From the NCBI GenBank assembly GCA_003151735.1, contig PLYI01000118.1, forward strand, positions 77,030 through 141,029: a stretch of DNA of 64,000 bases, read 5' to 3'. The position numbers and the translations under genes are program-made. Below the pieces are notes generated by a model. It worked only from the letters and a program-made list of their open reading frames with translations. It searched no databases and was not told where the DNA came from. Source of the DNA: Candidatus Bathyarchaeota archaeon (GTDB taxonomy: Archaea; Thermoproteota; Bathyarchaeia; Bathyarchaeales; Bathycorpusculaceae). Every line of letters begins with the position of its first letter. Position 1 is the first letter of the stretch. Shown one piece after another: positions 9,898-20,261 of the stretch.

Positions 9898-10119
9898 CTA
9901 TATCTCGTTGTAGAGGTTGCAGGTTGGACACTTTAACACAACATTCTTGAATTTTCCTTCGATGATATTCTCGCCTAACTTTGCTCCACAACTACCACAT
10001 AGATAAGTAGTATTACCACCCTTGCTTTTTATTACTGGCAACGTTTTAGATGCAAAAACAGTTCGGATTCCCTTTTTGGGTTCGGGTATAGTTTTTAATT
10101 TTCTATCCATTTTATCCAC
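9898..10119 (-). CDS. Zinc-ribbon protein, Mu Com-like
   Basis: CGSCGAKL...LKCPTCNLYNEI. Confidence 0.55.
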   Translation of the reverse strand: MDKMDRKLKTIPEPKKGIRTVFASKTLPVIKSKGGNTTYLCGSCGAKLGENIIEGKFKNVVLKCPTCNLYNEI

Positions 10120-10286
10120 TTACTTCGGCTTTTATTGGTTTGACTTGGATTATAAGTTTATTGCTTTCTGCTTTTTTCGATTACATTTTTCAAATCAATT
10201 GCACTTGATAAAAAAAGGTGTTGTACGGGTGACCTCTCCACCCTTCAATAACAAGTTTATGTTACCATCTGCTCTCTAATTGTAGA

Positions 10287-10697
10287 GTGGCGATAAATAT
10301 GAACGCAAAACAATTCTTCAGAATCGAAGTTAGCACAAGTTGGGGACATTTGATTAGGGAAAGAAATACGCTGACTAAAGACGAAGAGAAAGTAAGAGAA
10401 GCAAGAAGGGCTTACCGTGATGGAGTCAAAAAAGCATGGGACATTTACGCCCAAGACAACATGATAGTAAATGAAGCAAAGAAGACTCTTGACTCAGCAA
10501 TAGACGAAACATACAAATTATGCTTGCCTGAACATGGAGAGAGAATGGCACAAACAGAATATGAACAGGCAACCAAACTTTACTTCAAAACTTTATACAA
10601 AGTTCACCGCAAGTTTGCGGATAGGATTGGACAAGTTTGGAGTGTTTTCATGAAAGACATGGAGACTCTTCCAAGGCTAACCAAGAAAAATACTTAG
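10287..10697 (+). CDS. Hypothetical helical protein
   Basis: 136-aa charged helical ORF. Confidence 0.5.
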   Translation: MAINMNAKQFFRIEVSTSWGHLIRERNTLTKDEEKVREARRAYRDGVKKAWDIYAQDNMIVNEAKKTLDSAIDETYKLCLPEHGERMAQTEYEQATKLYFKTLYKVHRKFADRIGQVWSVFMKDMETLPRLTKKNT

Positions 10698-11101
10698 AAG
10701 CTGAACTAAAACTTTATTCATTCTCCGTAGGGTCCTTTCTCGCCAAGTTTCTCCTCAAGACCTAAGCTTTATCTTCCAAAGCACGCACTAAGGATTTATA
10801 GATGCAATTTTAATTCGCATGAATTTCTTGTCAAGTAGTATAAAGGGGAGCGCCTGAAAGAAAAAGCTTCAAAATCTTAATTCAGGAAAAGAGTGCTTTA
10901 TAAACCCAAATTTTCATGCACATATACTTCAGCTAGTGAAGCCTATTAAAGAAGAAGCTGCAAAGACCAAACAGTTCGAGCTTAGGGTCTCTGTTCTTGA
11001 AGAATCGGGTCTTTGCTAAACAGAGAGGAGGATAACATAGTGCTGGCTCTCCTAAAAATGCTGAAAAAGAACATAGAAAACAAAGAAAGCTAAAAACAAT
11101 C

Positions 11102-12049
11102 TTATTCATCGGGTAATTCGAGATTTAACTGCTTGATTAGTAACTTGTATCTGTTTCTAACCGTAACTTCGGTAACTCCAGCTGCATCCGCAATATTTTT
11201 TTGTGTTTTCTTTTCGTTATGCTGTAAACAGGCTATGTAGAGTGCAGCAGCAGCTAAACCCATGGGATCTTTCCCTGCCGCAACACGTTTTCGCCTTGCT
11301 TCCCTCAGAATTTGGATGGCTGCACCTTGAGTTTTTCCTGAAATGCCTGTTTTTTCAGCGATTTTTGAAACGTATGTCAACGGGTCAGCAATGGGCATGT
11401 GAAAATCGAGCTCTCGCAGAAGCATCCTATAACAGCGTGCAACATCCTTCCTATCAACTAAGCTGGCTTCTGCAATTTCGCGTAGGGTGCGTGGTGTTCC
11501 GCTTGCGCGGCAAGCAGCATACAATGCGGCTGCAGCGATTGCAGCTATTGATCTGCCGCGGACTAAGCCTTTGTCTAGTGCTTTTCTGTAGACGACAGCA
11601 GCTTTTTCTTTGATTGGTGCTGGAATGTAGACTTTGTCTGCTAAACGGTCAAGTTCGGCCATTGCTTGTGCAAGGTTGCGGTCGATGGATGAGTGGACTC
11701 TGCTGCGTATTTGCCATTTTCTGAGTCGCCACATCTGCAACCTAGTGGATAATGGTAGTTTTCTTCCGAATGCATCTCTATCAACTTGGCTGATGGTTGT
11801 GGATAAGCCTTTATCATGAACTGAATATGATGTTGGCATACCGACGCGGCTTCTTGAGGCCTTCTCTTGCTGAGTGAAAGCTCGCCACTCCGGTCCCTTA
11901 TCTAGCATCTGCTCATACAAAACCAGACCGCAGTCCCCACAGATGGTTTCGCCTGTGTCGTAGTCGTGAACGAGATTTTTGCTTGCGCATTCTGGGCACT
12001 TATCAGCTAAGTGATGATGCGTTTTTGGGGCTTCTTCGGTTGCACTCAT
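11102..12049 (-). CDS. tfb: Transcription initiation factor IIB
   Basis: CPEC..CGDCG zinc ribbon, GPEWRAF B-reader, two cyclin repeats, GVTEVTVRNRY. Confidence 0.98.
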   Translation of the reverse strand: MSATEEAPKTHHHLADKCPECASKNLVHDYDTGETICGDCGLVLYEQMLDKGPEWRAFTQQEKASRSRVGMPTSYSVHDKGLSTTISQVDRDAFGRKLPLSTRLQMWRLRKWQIRSRVHSSIDRNLAQAMAELDRLADKVYIPAPIKEKAAVVYRKALDKGLVRGRSIAAIAAAALYAACRASGTPRTLREIAEASLVDRKDVARCYRMLLRELDFHMPIADPLTYVSKIAEKTGISGKTQGAAIQILREARRKRVAAGKDPMGLAAAALYIACLQHNEKKTQKNIADAAGVTEVTVRNRYKLLIKQLNLELPDE

Positions 12050-12617
12050 TTTTCCAACTCCATTTACCTGTCCAGAATCGTCACTGAATCATAAAATCCC
12101 GCTTTAAGGGCTTAGAAAAGTGATAATACGATCCGCGCATTCTAACCAGATGAATGTACCTATTATAAATGATTTTGCTGTTTAGACAATTAGATTCGGC
12201 GCCACTACTCGCATTCGTCTTATTTGGTGATGTCACCAACTCAGCGCACATTTTCCCTTCTTTTTTGGAGGTTTCACAGTGAAAGTTAGAGTTTGCGGTT
12301 TCAGGCTTCAAAAAGCACAAGCGAGGGCCAAGAGCTAATAAAGGCAAATGTTATCTGCGAGGGGGTACCTTTAAGTTTGGGTTTTGTTTTTTCGCACATT
12401 TTTGGCATAGCAAGTTCTTGTGTACCTTATCATAAATCAAGCCTTGTGTTGTTGTGGTTCCGCATCGGGGGCATTTTTGGTTCATTTTAGTATCTCCCAA
12501 AGATAGGCCTTATAAAAGAAAAAGATATTGGTTATCACGCTTTTTTGTCGCCTCAGCCAAGTTTCTTCTTGCGGTATTCTTCAACGCCTTTATTGAACTT
12601 TTCAAACTTTTCCAGAG

Positions 12618-13940
12618 TTATTTTCTCTTCGGGTCAAGTCTTAGTTCAGGGTGCAGGGCAGCGTATTCTGTCATGACTGCGTCTCGTTGTTGTCTCTCTT
12701 TTTCAACCGCTTTGACCCTTTCTTGGAAGGTTTCGCCTTTAGCTGAGCCTCTCAACGCGTCCGAAAAGTTCGCCATGAAAGACTCAAGTTCGCTCATTCT
12801 TTTTTGGAGACCTGCATTCTCATCTTTGGCTTTGCGTAGCTCTGTGATTTCCTCTTCCATTGCTTCTATTTTGGCTATGCTAACTCGCATCCAGTTTCCT
12901 TTAGCGTACTCTTTCTTGACAAAATCGGCGTCGTGGTAATCGAAGTAGCTGGTTTTGCTTGCTCCCAACTTGTGACCCATTAAAGCCTCGGCGACGTCGG
13001 GGTCTACTCCGCTTCCGTAGAGGGTTTTTCTGAAGGCTTTTCTAAGCAGATGTGTCCAGGTGGATTCTCGTGGAATATCTATCTGGTGCGCTGCGTTCTT
13101 GACTATTTCGATGACGTGTTGAGGATTGAGGGGTTTCCCATTGATTTCTTTGACGGTTCCGTGAGTGACAAAGACGGGGTCGCTGTCTTTAGGGGTCCAT
13201 CCTTGTTTCTTTCTCTCTTCCAGGTAGTCTCTAAGAGCTTCAATTGCCTCTTTCGCAAGGAAAGTATAATAATAATTGACTGAGTAGGAAGAAAGCTTCG
13301 AGTCAACAGCACAGTTATAGATTCCTGGGTCTCGGTTAGCTACAACTTTGATTGATGCTATACTCTTAGGTTCTGGGTAAAGTTGATTTTTGAAGATTCC
13401 ATAGGTCCAAGAGCATAAACAGTTGGCGCGGACTCCACTTTGCCAAAGGCATAGGACCACAGCTTTTCCTCGGGCTTTCTGTATAGGTCCTTTATCTGGG
13501 AAAGAATCAGCCATCCGATAGATTTCTTCTCTAGTTGGAACGTGTTCTCGACTAATCTTCTTAGGTTCACGCTTCAACAATAATTTTCTTTGCGTCTTGT
13601 TGAAGATGAGTTCTCGACCGTTAAGCTCCAGAAAACGCCTTGCCACATAAAACATTCTTCTTGCGGCAGCATAGCTTTTCTCGCCTTGTTTCTTAGCTAC
13701 TGCCTTCATGACGGCTGCTTGGATTTCTTTGTCGCTTAGATTCAAAAGAGCTTCTGGGGTGAGGTTGTTTATTTCTAAGAAGTGTTTGAATTGGTAGAGG
13801 TAACCAGCTTTGCTTGTCGGCGTAAAAGTTTGATTGAGAAGCTGCACTGATGGAGATTCAAGCAAGTATTCGTAACTGTGGGCGCCAGGCTGATAGCATC
13901 CGTGGACGTTTCTTTCTGCGTCTATCCTGCCTTTACTCAT
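12618..13940 (-). CDS. Tyrosine recombinase/integrase with C-terminal coiled coil
   Basis: QSGVR (R), HLLRK (HxxR), LMGH, TSYF (Y); likely start MSKG at 13940. Confidence 0.9.
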   Translation of the reverse strand: MSKGRIDAERNVHGCYQPGAHSYEYLLESPSVQLLNQTFTPTSKAGYLYQFKHFLEINNLTPEALLNLSDKEIQAAVMKAVAKKQGEKSYAAARRMFYVARRFLELNGRELIFNKTQRKLLLKREPKKISREHVPTREEIYRMADSFPDKGPIQKARGKAVVLCLWQSGVRANCLCSWTYGIFKNQLYPEPKSIASIKVVANRDPGIYNCAVDSKLSSYSVNYYYTFLAKEAIEALRDYLEERKKQGWTPKDSDPVFVTHGTVKEINGKPLNPQHVIEIVKNAAHQIDIPRESTWTHLLRKAFRKTLYGSGVDPDVAEALMGHKLGASKTSYFDYHDADFVKKEYAKGNWMRVSIAKIEAMEEEITELRKAKDENAGLQKRMSELESFMANFSDALRGSAKGETFQERVKAVEKERQQRDAVMTEYAALHPELRLDPKRK

Positions 13941-14158
13941 AAATATCTCTAAAGCTGTTAAGGGATACACACTTATAAAAATTTATGTTACTTTAGGGTA
14001 CTAACTAAAACTACCACTGTTGACTTCTGGCTGCTTAGGCAAGGCTTTTCTAGTGTTACTCATACGATTCTTCTTCTACTCAATAATACTGACGAATAAA
14101 GATTGAATTAATTATGGAAGTTTATAAGGTTTAAGCATGCTCTCTGGCGAAATTGCGG

Positions 14159-14548
14159 TTATTTCGCAGTTTGCTCAGGTTTAGCTTCTGTAGGCTTTGC
14201 TGGTCTTTCAACAATTTTCATGTTGATTTGAACTATTTCGTCGGTAATTATGTTTCCGCGAACTGTTTTGCGTCTTCTTTCTCCTTGTTTACTTGGTTTA
14301 AAACCTGCTCCGCCGCTTAGTACAACTCTTCTTCGCACACCGCCATGGACACTTCCTATCATTGGGACGCCGTCTTTGTCGGAGCCGCCTAAGATTTGCA
14401 CTGTGTGTGCTGGTAGGTCTACTGCTGAGCCGTCTAATGTTTCGCCCAGTCTTCTTCCTATGAATGGGCTTGCGCGTGTTTCATCGAGCTCAACTACCTT
14501 AGATGTTCCAGTTTCGGGGTCGGAAACTATTACCTTAAACTTTGCCAT
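14159..14548 (-). CDS. rps6e: 30S ribosomal protein S6e
   Basis: FKVIVSDP, GGSDKDG, GERRRKTVRGN, QINMK. Confidence 0.97.
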   Translation of the reverse strand: MAKFKVIVSDPETGTSKVVELDETRASPFIGRRLGETLDGSAVDLPAHTVQILGGSDKDGVPMIGSVHGGVRRRVVLSGGAGFKPSKQGERRRKTVRGNIITDEIVQINMKIVERPAKPTEAKPEQTAK

Positions 14549-14684
14549 TGAATATCTCTCCAGCGGAGTATGAAATTGGGTGCTCTCTCTATTAAGGATT
14601 TATGAAAATTTTTCTTCCAAAATATGCTTTTAAGAAACATCAGATTATTCGGGTAAAAGTTTTAATTCGACGTCGAAGTGGTTT

Positions 14685-15944
14685 GTGGCTATGTGGCGGC
14701 TAGGTTTCTTCTTTCACGAAATCGCGTTTGGATTACTAAGTGTTTTCATACCGCTCTACATAGTCGCTTTCAAAGACACTAGCATTTTGGGTGGCCCCCT
14801 AGTTGCATTGGGAGTTATGACATCCATTGCCATTTTCTGTTCCATTCCTGCTTCGTTTTTGTGGGGATACCTATGCGATGCCACACGCCATTTCAAAGTG
14901 TTTATTCTTCTTTCGTTTTTATCCTCAGCCATTCTTCTTTTTCTCATGGCACTTCCCTTTGCCCAAAGCATCGTAGTCTTCGTAATCTTGTATGTGGTAA
15001 TGCAAGTACTCCATGTTTCACATGAAGCACCCAAAAACGTTCTTATCGCCGAACATTATAGTCGCCCGGACTGGGAAAGATCCTACGGCTTCTACGAAGC
15101 ACTTACAGAAATTGGGTTCATAATTGGATTAGCTATTGGATTGGTATTGAGCATTGGATTATTTGCGTTCACAGCTGTCCTTAGCTCTGCTGTTTTGGCA
15201 ACTTATACATTGTATCTCTGCAGCATTTTGAGCTTGGTTGCATTCATATTATCTATATTTTTGATTGCCGACCCATTGATGATTTTTGAGCGGCGATTAG
15301 TTAGCATGGAGAGAACGTTGGATTACACCTCCCGCGGCTTAGAACAATCAGGCAGAATGATGGATGGGCTACGATGTAATGGTTCACTTAAAAAGGAAAG
15401 TTTCTTAGGATTCGCTTTCGCCATCGTAGTATTTTCGCTGGCGTCAAGTATTTTCTTTACCCCCCTGCCCATCTATTTAAAAAGTATTTTCAATGGACAA
15501 TCAAGCATGGTTTACGTCGCTTACATCCTAAATTCAATTGGAGCCACAGCCGGTTACTTCTTAATTCGGAACCGAGCTAGCTCGATGGATCTAAGAAAAC
15601 AAATGCCAAAATTCGTGCTCCTGAGAAGTATCCTTATCTTTTTATTGGTCGGTGTTATCCAACTTGCTTTTTCACCAACCATAATGACTGGAATCATTCT
15701 GGTTTTTCTAGGCTTCGCATTCGCCATGTACTACATAATGATGATTTCTCTCTCAATGGAACTTATCCCTCAAGGAAAAGCAGGCTTCTTCGATGGATTA
15801 GTCGGATTAGGCGCAGCAGTAGGTTCTTTTCTGGGGCCTTTCTTAGCTTCACAACTTAGTTATGTTCCAACTTTTCTGATTGCAGCTGTAGGTTTCTTCT
15901 GCGCTTTCTTAATCTTGAAAATCTTCGCAATTAAACGAAACTAA
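14685..15944 (+). CDS. MFS transporter
   Basis: About 12 TM helices; WGYLCDATRH loop motif. Confidence 0.88.
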   Translation: MAMWRLGFFFHEIAFGLLSVFIPLYIVAFKDTSILGGPLVALGVMTSIAIFCSIPASFLWGYLCDATRHFKVFILLSFLSSAILLFLMALPFAQSIVVFVILYVVMQVLHVSHEAPKNVLIAEHYSRPDWERSYGFYEALTEIGFIIGLAIGLVLSIGLFAFTAVLSSAVLATYTLYLCSILSLVAFILSIFLIADPLMIFERRLVSMERTLDYTSRGLEQSGRMMDGLRCNGSLKKESFLGFAFAIVVFSLASSIFFTPLPIYLKSIFNGQSSMVYVAYILNSIGATAGYFLIRNRASSMDLRKQMPKFVLLRSILIFLLVGVIQLAFSPTIMTGIILVFLGFAFAMYYIMMISLSMELIPQGKAGFFDGLVGLGAAVGSFLGPFLASQLSYVPTFLIAAVGFFCAFLILKIFAIKRN

Positions 15945-15986
15945 AAAAAAAGAAAAGTTTGTGAGCTTTCGCTCGGGGTTTTAGGT

Positions 15987-17426
15987 TTATTCTGTGTGGA
16001 CTCTGTATAAGTCAACGTCTTCGCGCATGCTTGGCGTTAGCTCAAGGAAGTCTCGGACTGACCGTTCAATGTCTTTGGATTGTGTAACGTATCTGCCGAC
16101 GATGAGTATGTCTGCGCCAAGCTCTAGTGCTTCTTTGGCTGTTTCAGGTACTATGCCGCCTGCGACTGCGATTAGGTATTTCTTGTTGGGGAACGCTTGG
16201 CGAATGAGTTTTATGCGTTCTAATCCGCAGGTTCTGCCGCTTTCTTGGTCGATGCCTCTGTGTAAGATTACGATGTCTGGTAGGTCCTTAAGAGACTTCA
16301 GTTTGCCCAGTACGTCTTCGACGTTTAGCATGTCGATGACTGCGTAGATTCCAAGGCGTCTGGCTTCGTGGACGGTTGCGTCGAGGGTTTCTGGCGGTGC
16401 TAAGCCTGCTGCGACTACTGCGTCTGCGGTGTCTTCGTAGGCGATGTCTACTTCAACTTTGCCTACATCAAGCGTTTTGAGGTCTGCTATCATGAATTTG
16501 TCTCTGGCTATTTGGCGTAGTTCGTTGATGCCTCTTGTGCCGTAGCGTTTAATGAAGGGCGTTCCGACTTCGATGATGATTCTGTCGCTTCCTGGTAATT
16601 GTTCAATTACCTTCTTTGCCCCTTCCATTGAGGGTGCGTCAAGTGCAATTTGTAGGTATGGTGGCCTCCATAGACGCGGAACTTTGAAGCCCATGATTGG
16701 GTGCTTTGAGCGGTCTTTTTCGTAAATGATCTTTTCCAATGATGGATAATTCTTTAATGCACGTTGTAGCGCCATTTTTGTTGCACCATAGTTGTATTGG
16801 TATATCTTGCGGTAATCGGTTGCTTTTGGGTGAATGAAAACGCTGCAGATAATAACCCAGCTGTCTAGCTTGCTGGCTGGAATAACGCCTTCTTCAGCTG
16901 AGTCAGCGATGGCTTTTGCAACTGCGGCTTGTGCAGGACCGAAAATTTTGCCTGTGTCCTCCATGTTTTTGATGGTAACTTTTGGCACGATTAATGTGTG
17001 TGGTTTTGGCGGCAGGTTAGGTCTGATTACTGCGAGTACTGGTGTATGGCCCGCTGACAATTGTGTCATGCCGTTGGCGAAAGCTTGTCCAATGGGACCG
17101 TTTTTGTCGCCTATCATCAAGTCAATGTGTGCAACTTCGTTTCCCTCTCCTAACAGCGATTCGCCGATTAGGTATGCGGGACCAGAATCTTCTTCAGCAT
17201 CATCAGTTATTGTCGGCGTGCGGTCCACGATTTCCTTGAAATCGACATTGAACTCTTTTAGCCATGAATAAAGTGTGTCTCTGTGAATGTCCATTTCTTT
17301 TGCGGTTCCGACGACTGTCGGTTTTGTCGGCTTTCCTTTAGAACCAACTTCTTTTTTTGCGGCTTCAGTTAGCATTTTTACAAATTCTTCACGTGTTTCT
17401 GGCTTTTTAACGTCTGCTCCCGACAT
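15987..17426 (-). CDS. fae-hps: Bifunctional formaldehyde-activating enzyme / 3-hexulose-6-phosphate synthase with extra N-terminal HTH
   Basis: Fae: IGESLLGEGNEVAHIDL, FGPAQAAVAKA; HPS: LQIALD, EVGTP, ADLKTLDVG, VAGGI, IVGR. Confidence 0.93.
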   Translation of the reverse strand: MSGADVKKPETREEFVKMLTEAAKKEVGSKGKPTKPTVVGTAKEMDIHRDTLYSWLKEFNVDFKEIVDRTPTITDDAEEDSGPAYLIGESLLGEGNEVAHIDLMIGDKNGPIGQAFANGMTQLSAGHTPVLAVIRPNLPPKPHTLIVPKVTIKNMEDTGKIFGPAQAAVAKAIADSAEEGVIPASKLDSWVIICSVFIHPKATDYRKIYQYNYGATKMALQRALKNYPSLEKIIYEKDRSKHPIMGFKVPRLWRPPYLQIALDAPSMEGAKKVIEQLPGSDRIIIEVGTPFIKRYGTRGINELRQIARDKFMIADLKTLDVGKVEVDIAYEDTADAVVAAGLAPPETLDATVHEARRLGIYAVIDMLNVEDVLGKLKSLKDLPDIVILHRGIDQESGRTCGLERIKLIRQAFPNKKYLIAVAGGIVPETAKEALELGADILIVGRYVTQSKDIERSVRDFLELTPSMREDVDLYRVHTE

Positions 17427-17640
17427 TTAATTTTCCTCGGGCGCTCTCTTTAGGTAAGCTTGTATATAAAAATGTCGGAAGGGTAAGAAAAGATTAAGGT
17501 TAGCTGAGACAGTTTTAGCGGTAAGTTGCCGTTTGCCACTTTTTTCTATGTGGCGGTAACGTTTTTGTCGATTAACTTTGTCGGTAAATCTTTATATCTA
17601 AAGGTTCGTATTGACATGCCCACTTTAACGGGGAAATTCG

Positions 17641-17832
17641 ATGTCTTGGACTGACTGGACACTACTAGGAATATTCATACTTGGTTTCTTACTGTTCCTT
17701 TATGGCGCCAACACATACAACGCAGTTGTCGGATACACCGGAATTTACCTTTTCATCGGTTCAATCGCAGCTTACCTGATCATCTATATTTACAAGGAAA
17801 TGACTAAGAAAAAGCCCAATCAAAACCCGTAA
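17641..17832 (+). CDS. Small two-TM membrane protein
   Basis: Two hydrophobic helices, basic tail; TATA-like TTTATA upstream. Confidence 0.7.
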   Translation: MSWTDWTLLGIFILGFLLFLYGANTYNAVVGYTGIYLFIGSIAAYLIIYIYKEMTKKKPNQNP

Positions 17833-19352
17833 AGGCTACTATATTTTTTGTTTAAGTATTGCAGGTATGGTTCTGAATCAAGAGGTGTTCCAGTTGCCAG
17901 CTTTATTAGCTCCTCTGGATCGTAGAGGTCGCCTTTGCTGTGAATGTTTGTTTTCAGCCAGCTGTTTACGCCTTCGAGTTTTCCTTCTGCAAGTTCGCGG
18001 CGCCAGTCTGGTTGGTCTTTGGTGAGGGCAGAGGTTATTTGACCGCTGTAAATGTTGCCTAAAGCGTAGCTTGGGAAGTAACCGTACAAGCCGCTCGCCC
18101 AATGAGTATCCTGCATCACACCCTCCGAATCATTCTCGATTTTTACACCAAGGTAATCAGCGTATTTCTGGTTCCAAACTTCCGGCAGCTCATCGACTGT
18201 GATTTTGCCTGCGAATAGGTCTCTTTCAAGCTCGAAACGGATGATAATGTGGAGGCTATAGGTTACTTCGTCTGCTTCAATTCGGATTTTTGAACGCTCA
18301 ACCCTATTTATCGCATGGATGAACTGGTCCAATTGAAGATTGCTTAGATTTGGTGTTGCTTGCTTGATTTTTGGCAGAAAATCTGTCCAGAACTCCTTTG
18401 AGCGGCCAATAATGTTTTCGTAGAACCGCGATTGGGATTCATGTATGCCGTATGAGCATGTGGAGCCCACTGGCTGGTATTGCCACTGGGGATTGAGGTT
18501 TTGTTCGTAGAGCGCGTGTCCGCTCTCATGCAGCACGGAGAAGATTGAGCTGGCAAAGTTGTTAGGGTAATAATGGGTGGTTATGCGCACATCATCGTAG
18601 TAGCCTGTGGTGAAGGGGTGTTCTGTCTCGTCCACTCTTCCCCCTGCTTTCAGTGAAGCGGTATCGTAACCGAGAGTTCCTGTTATGAGTTGAGTGATTT
18701 TGCGTTGGTTCTCTAATGGTACAGTTTGATTGAGGATTTGGTTGGTGGGTTTGGTCTGGCAGCCTTCAATCTTTGTGATTAAGGGCTTTAAACCCGCTAA
18801 GAGCTGGTTGAAAGTTTTAGTTATCGTTTCCGACGTCATTTTCGGCTCAAAATTATCAATCAACGCTTCATAGGGCGTCTTACTTTCTTTAACTTTCATT
18901 AGGATTTCCGCAGCTTGCTTACTGAGGTCAAAGAGTTTTTGCAGGTCCGCCTTGTAAAGACTGAAGTTTTTTTGCGCTTTCGCCTTCTTCCACACGTTCA
19001 CTGTCACTGCTTCCTGCATGGCAAGGTCCGAAACGAGTTTTTCTGGCAACGCGGTTTGTTCCAGATAGCTTTTGTCGATGAGATATAGATTGCGTTTTTC
19101 CACTTGCCCCAGCGTTTGGTACTCTGCGCTTGTTTGAATTGTGTTTAAGAGTTTTCCTATTTCGGGGTCTGTTCCCAACTTGTGGTGGATGCGGCTTAAA
19201 AGTGCCAGTTGTTGACTGCGCTGCTCCACGGCGTTTGGCGGCATGTAGGTTTCCATGTCCCAGTGGATGATCCCTTCAGCCGTTGAAAGAACCACAGCAT
19301 CTTTATTTTTTGATAAAAGTTCCCTGTAAGCTGAATTTATGTTATTTGTCAA
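17820..19352 (-). CDS. Carboxypeptidase, family M32
   Basis: HESGH, HESQSR, HPF, IRIEADE, GYFPSYALG. Confidence 0.96.
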   Translation of the reverse strand: MTNNINSAYRELLSKNKDAVVLSTAEGIIHWDMETYMPPNAVEQRSQQLALLSRIHHKLGTDPEIGKLLNTIQTSAEYQTLGQVEKRNLYLIDKSYLEQTALPEKLVSDLAMQEAVTVNVWKKAKAQKNFSLYKADLQKLFDLSKQAAEILMKVKESKTPYEALIDNFEPKMTSETITKTFNQLLAGLKPLITKIEGCQTKPTNQILNQTVPLENQRKITQLITGTLGYDTASLKAGGRVDETEHPFTTGYYDDVRITTHYYPNNFASSIFSVLHESGHALYEQNLNPQWQYQPVGSTCSYGIHESQSRFYENIIGRSKEFWTDFLPKIKQATPNLSNLQLDQFIHAINRVERSKIRIEADEVTYSLHIIIRFELERDLFAGKITVDELPEVWNQKYADYLGVKIENDSEGVMQDTHWASGLYGYFPSYALGNIYSGQITSALTKDQPDWRRELAEGKLEGVNSWLKTNIHSKGDLYDPEELIKLATGTPLDSEPYLQYLNKKYSSLYGF

Positions 19353-19500
19353 GTTGATTCTTCCTTAGGTTTTAATGTTAGCGTCTTTTATTTACCGTTA
19401 GGTTAATGGAGTGCTAATAGACAAGCGGTAGCTTGATTGCCAAAGGTTTTATCTGCCTGTATCTGCATAGCATATAAATACGGTTTTGAGGTAACGAAAA

Positions 19501-20163
19501 ATGAGTAGTAGTAGCTTAGAATCTAGTAAGACATTGGCTGGCATCGGTGCAATATTGCTTTTCCTAAGTTTCATTCCATAGGTGGGCATTGTCGGCCTCA
19601 TAATAGTTCTTATCGGCATGAAAGGGCTAGCGGAGTATTACAGGGACGACAGCATATACAGGAATGCTATAATGGGTGTAATCTACGGAATCATAGGCGT
19701 AATAGCCGTTTCGGTAGGTTCGGTTTTAGAATTTTTTGGCGGCTTGTTTAGCGTTTTCACTTTAGGAGCTGCAGGAATCGTAGGCGGAATATTAACAGTG
19801 ATCTTAATAATTGTGGTCGCTTTCGTATTCTATTTGCTTATGGCTATGCACTTTAAGCGAGCATTCGATTCACTTGCTCAACGATCTGGAGAACAAACCT
19901 TCAATACTTCAGTAACATTGCTTTTCTGGGGCGCAGTATTAACGATAATTGGCGTCGGTTTAATTCTGATATTCATCGCTTGGATAATGGCAACAATCGC
20001 GTTCTTCTCAATCAAAGTACCCATACAACCATACGCTTATCAACCAACACCAACAGCAGCGCCCTATACTCAACCCACAAGGTTCTGCCCCAACTGCGGC
20101 GCACCAGTAGACGCAAACGCAACCTTTTGCCCGCACTGCGGAAAACAACTTCCCCCAGCCTAA
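19501..20163 (+). pseudogene. DUF996-like membrane protein with C-terminal zinc ribbon, interrupted by in-frame TAG at 19579-19581
   Basis: MSSSSLESSKTLAGIGAILLFLSFIP*VGIVGLII in one frame; CPNCG..CPHCG at the C-terminus. Confidence 0.75.
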
Positions 20164-20261
20164 CATCTTTATTTTTTTAATTCATACATTTTGTTACTGC
20201 TCTCATGTAACCACATACTTTTAAGAGAACCACCAACACGCCTTATCTTAAAGTGCTCTTT

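Noticed and set aside
12262-12470. TTTCACAGTGAAA palindrome and G-runs as possible ORB/oriC
   Set aside because: Single imperfect match, no repeated ORBs and no adjacent cdc6.
12550-12625. Alternative-frame tail (ITLEKFEKFNKGVEEYRKKKLG) after the integrase, suggesting a C-terminal frameshift
   Set aside because: It lies beyond the catalytic domain and cannot be supported without homologs.
17575-17602. TTATATCTAAA resembling one arm of an archaeal dif site
   Set aside because: No matching second arm; the position fits the TATA box of the gene at 17641.
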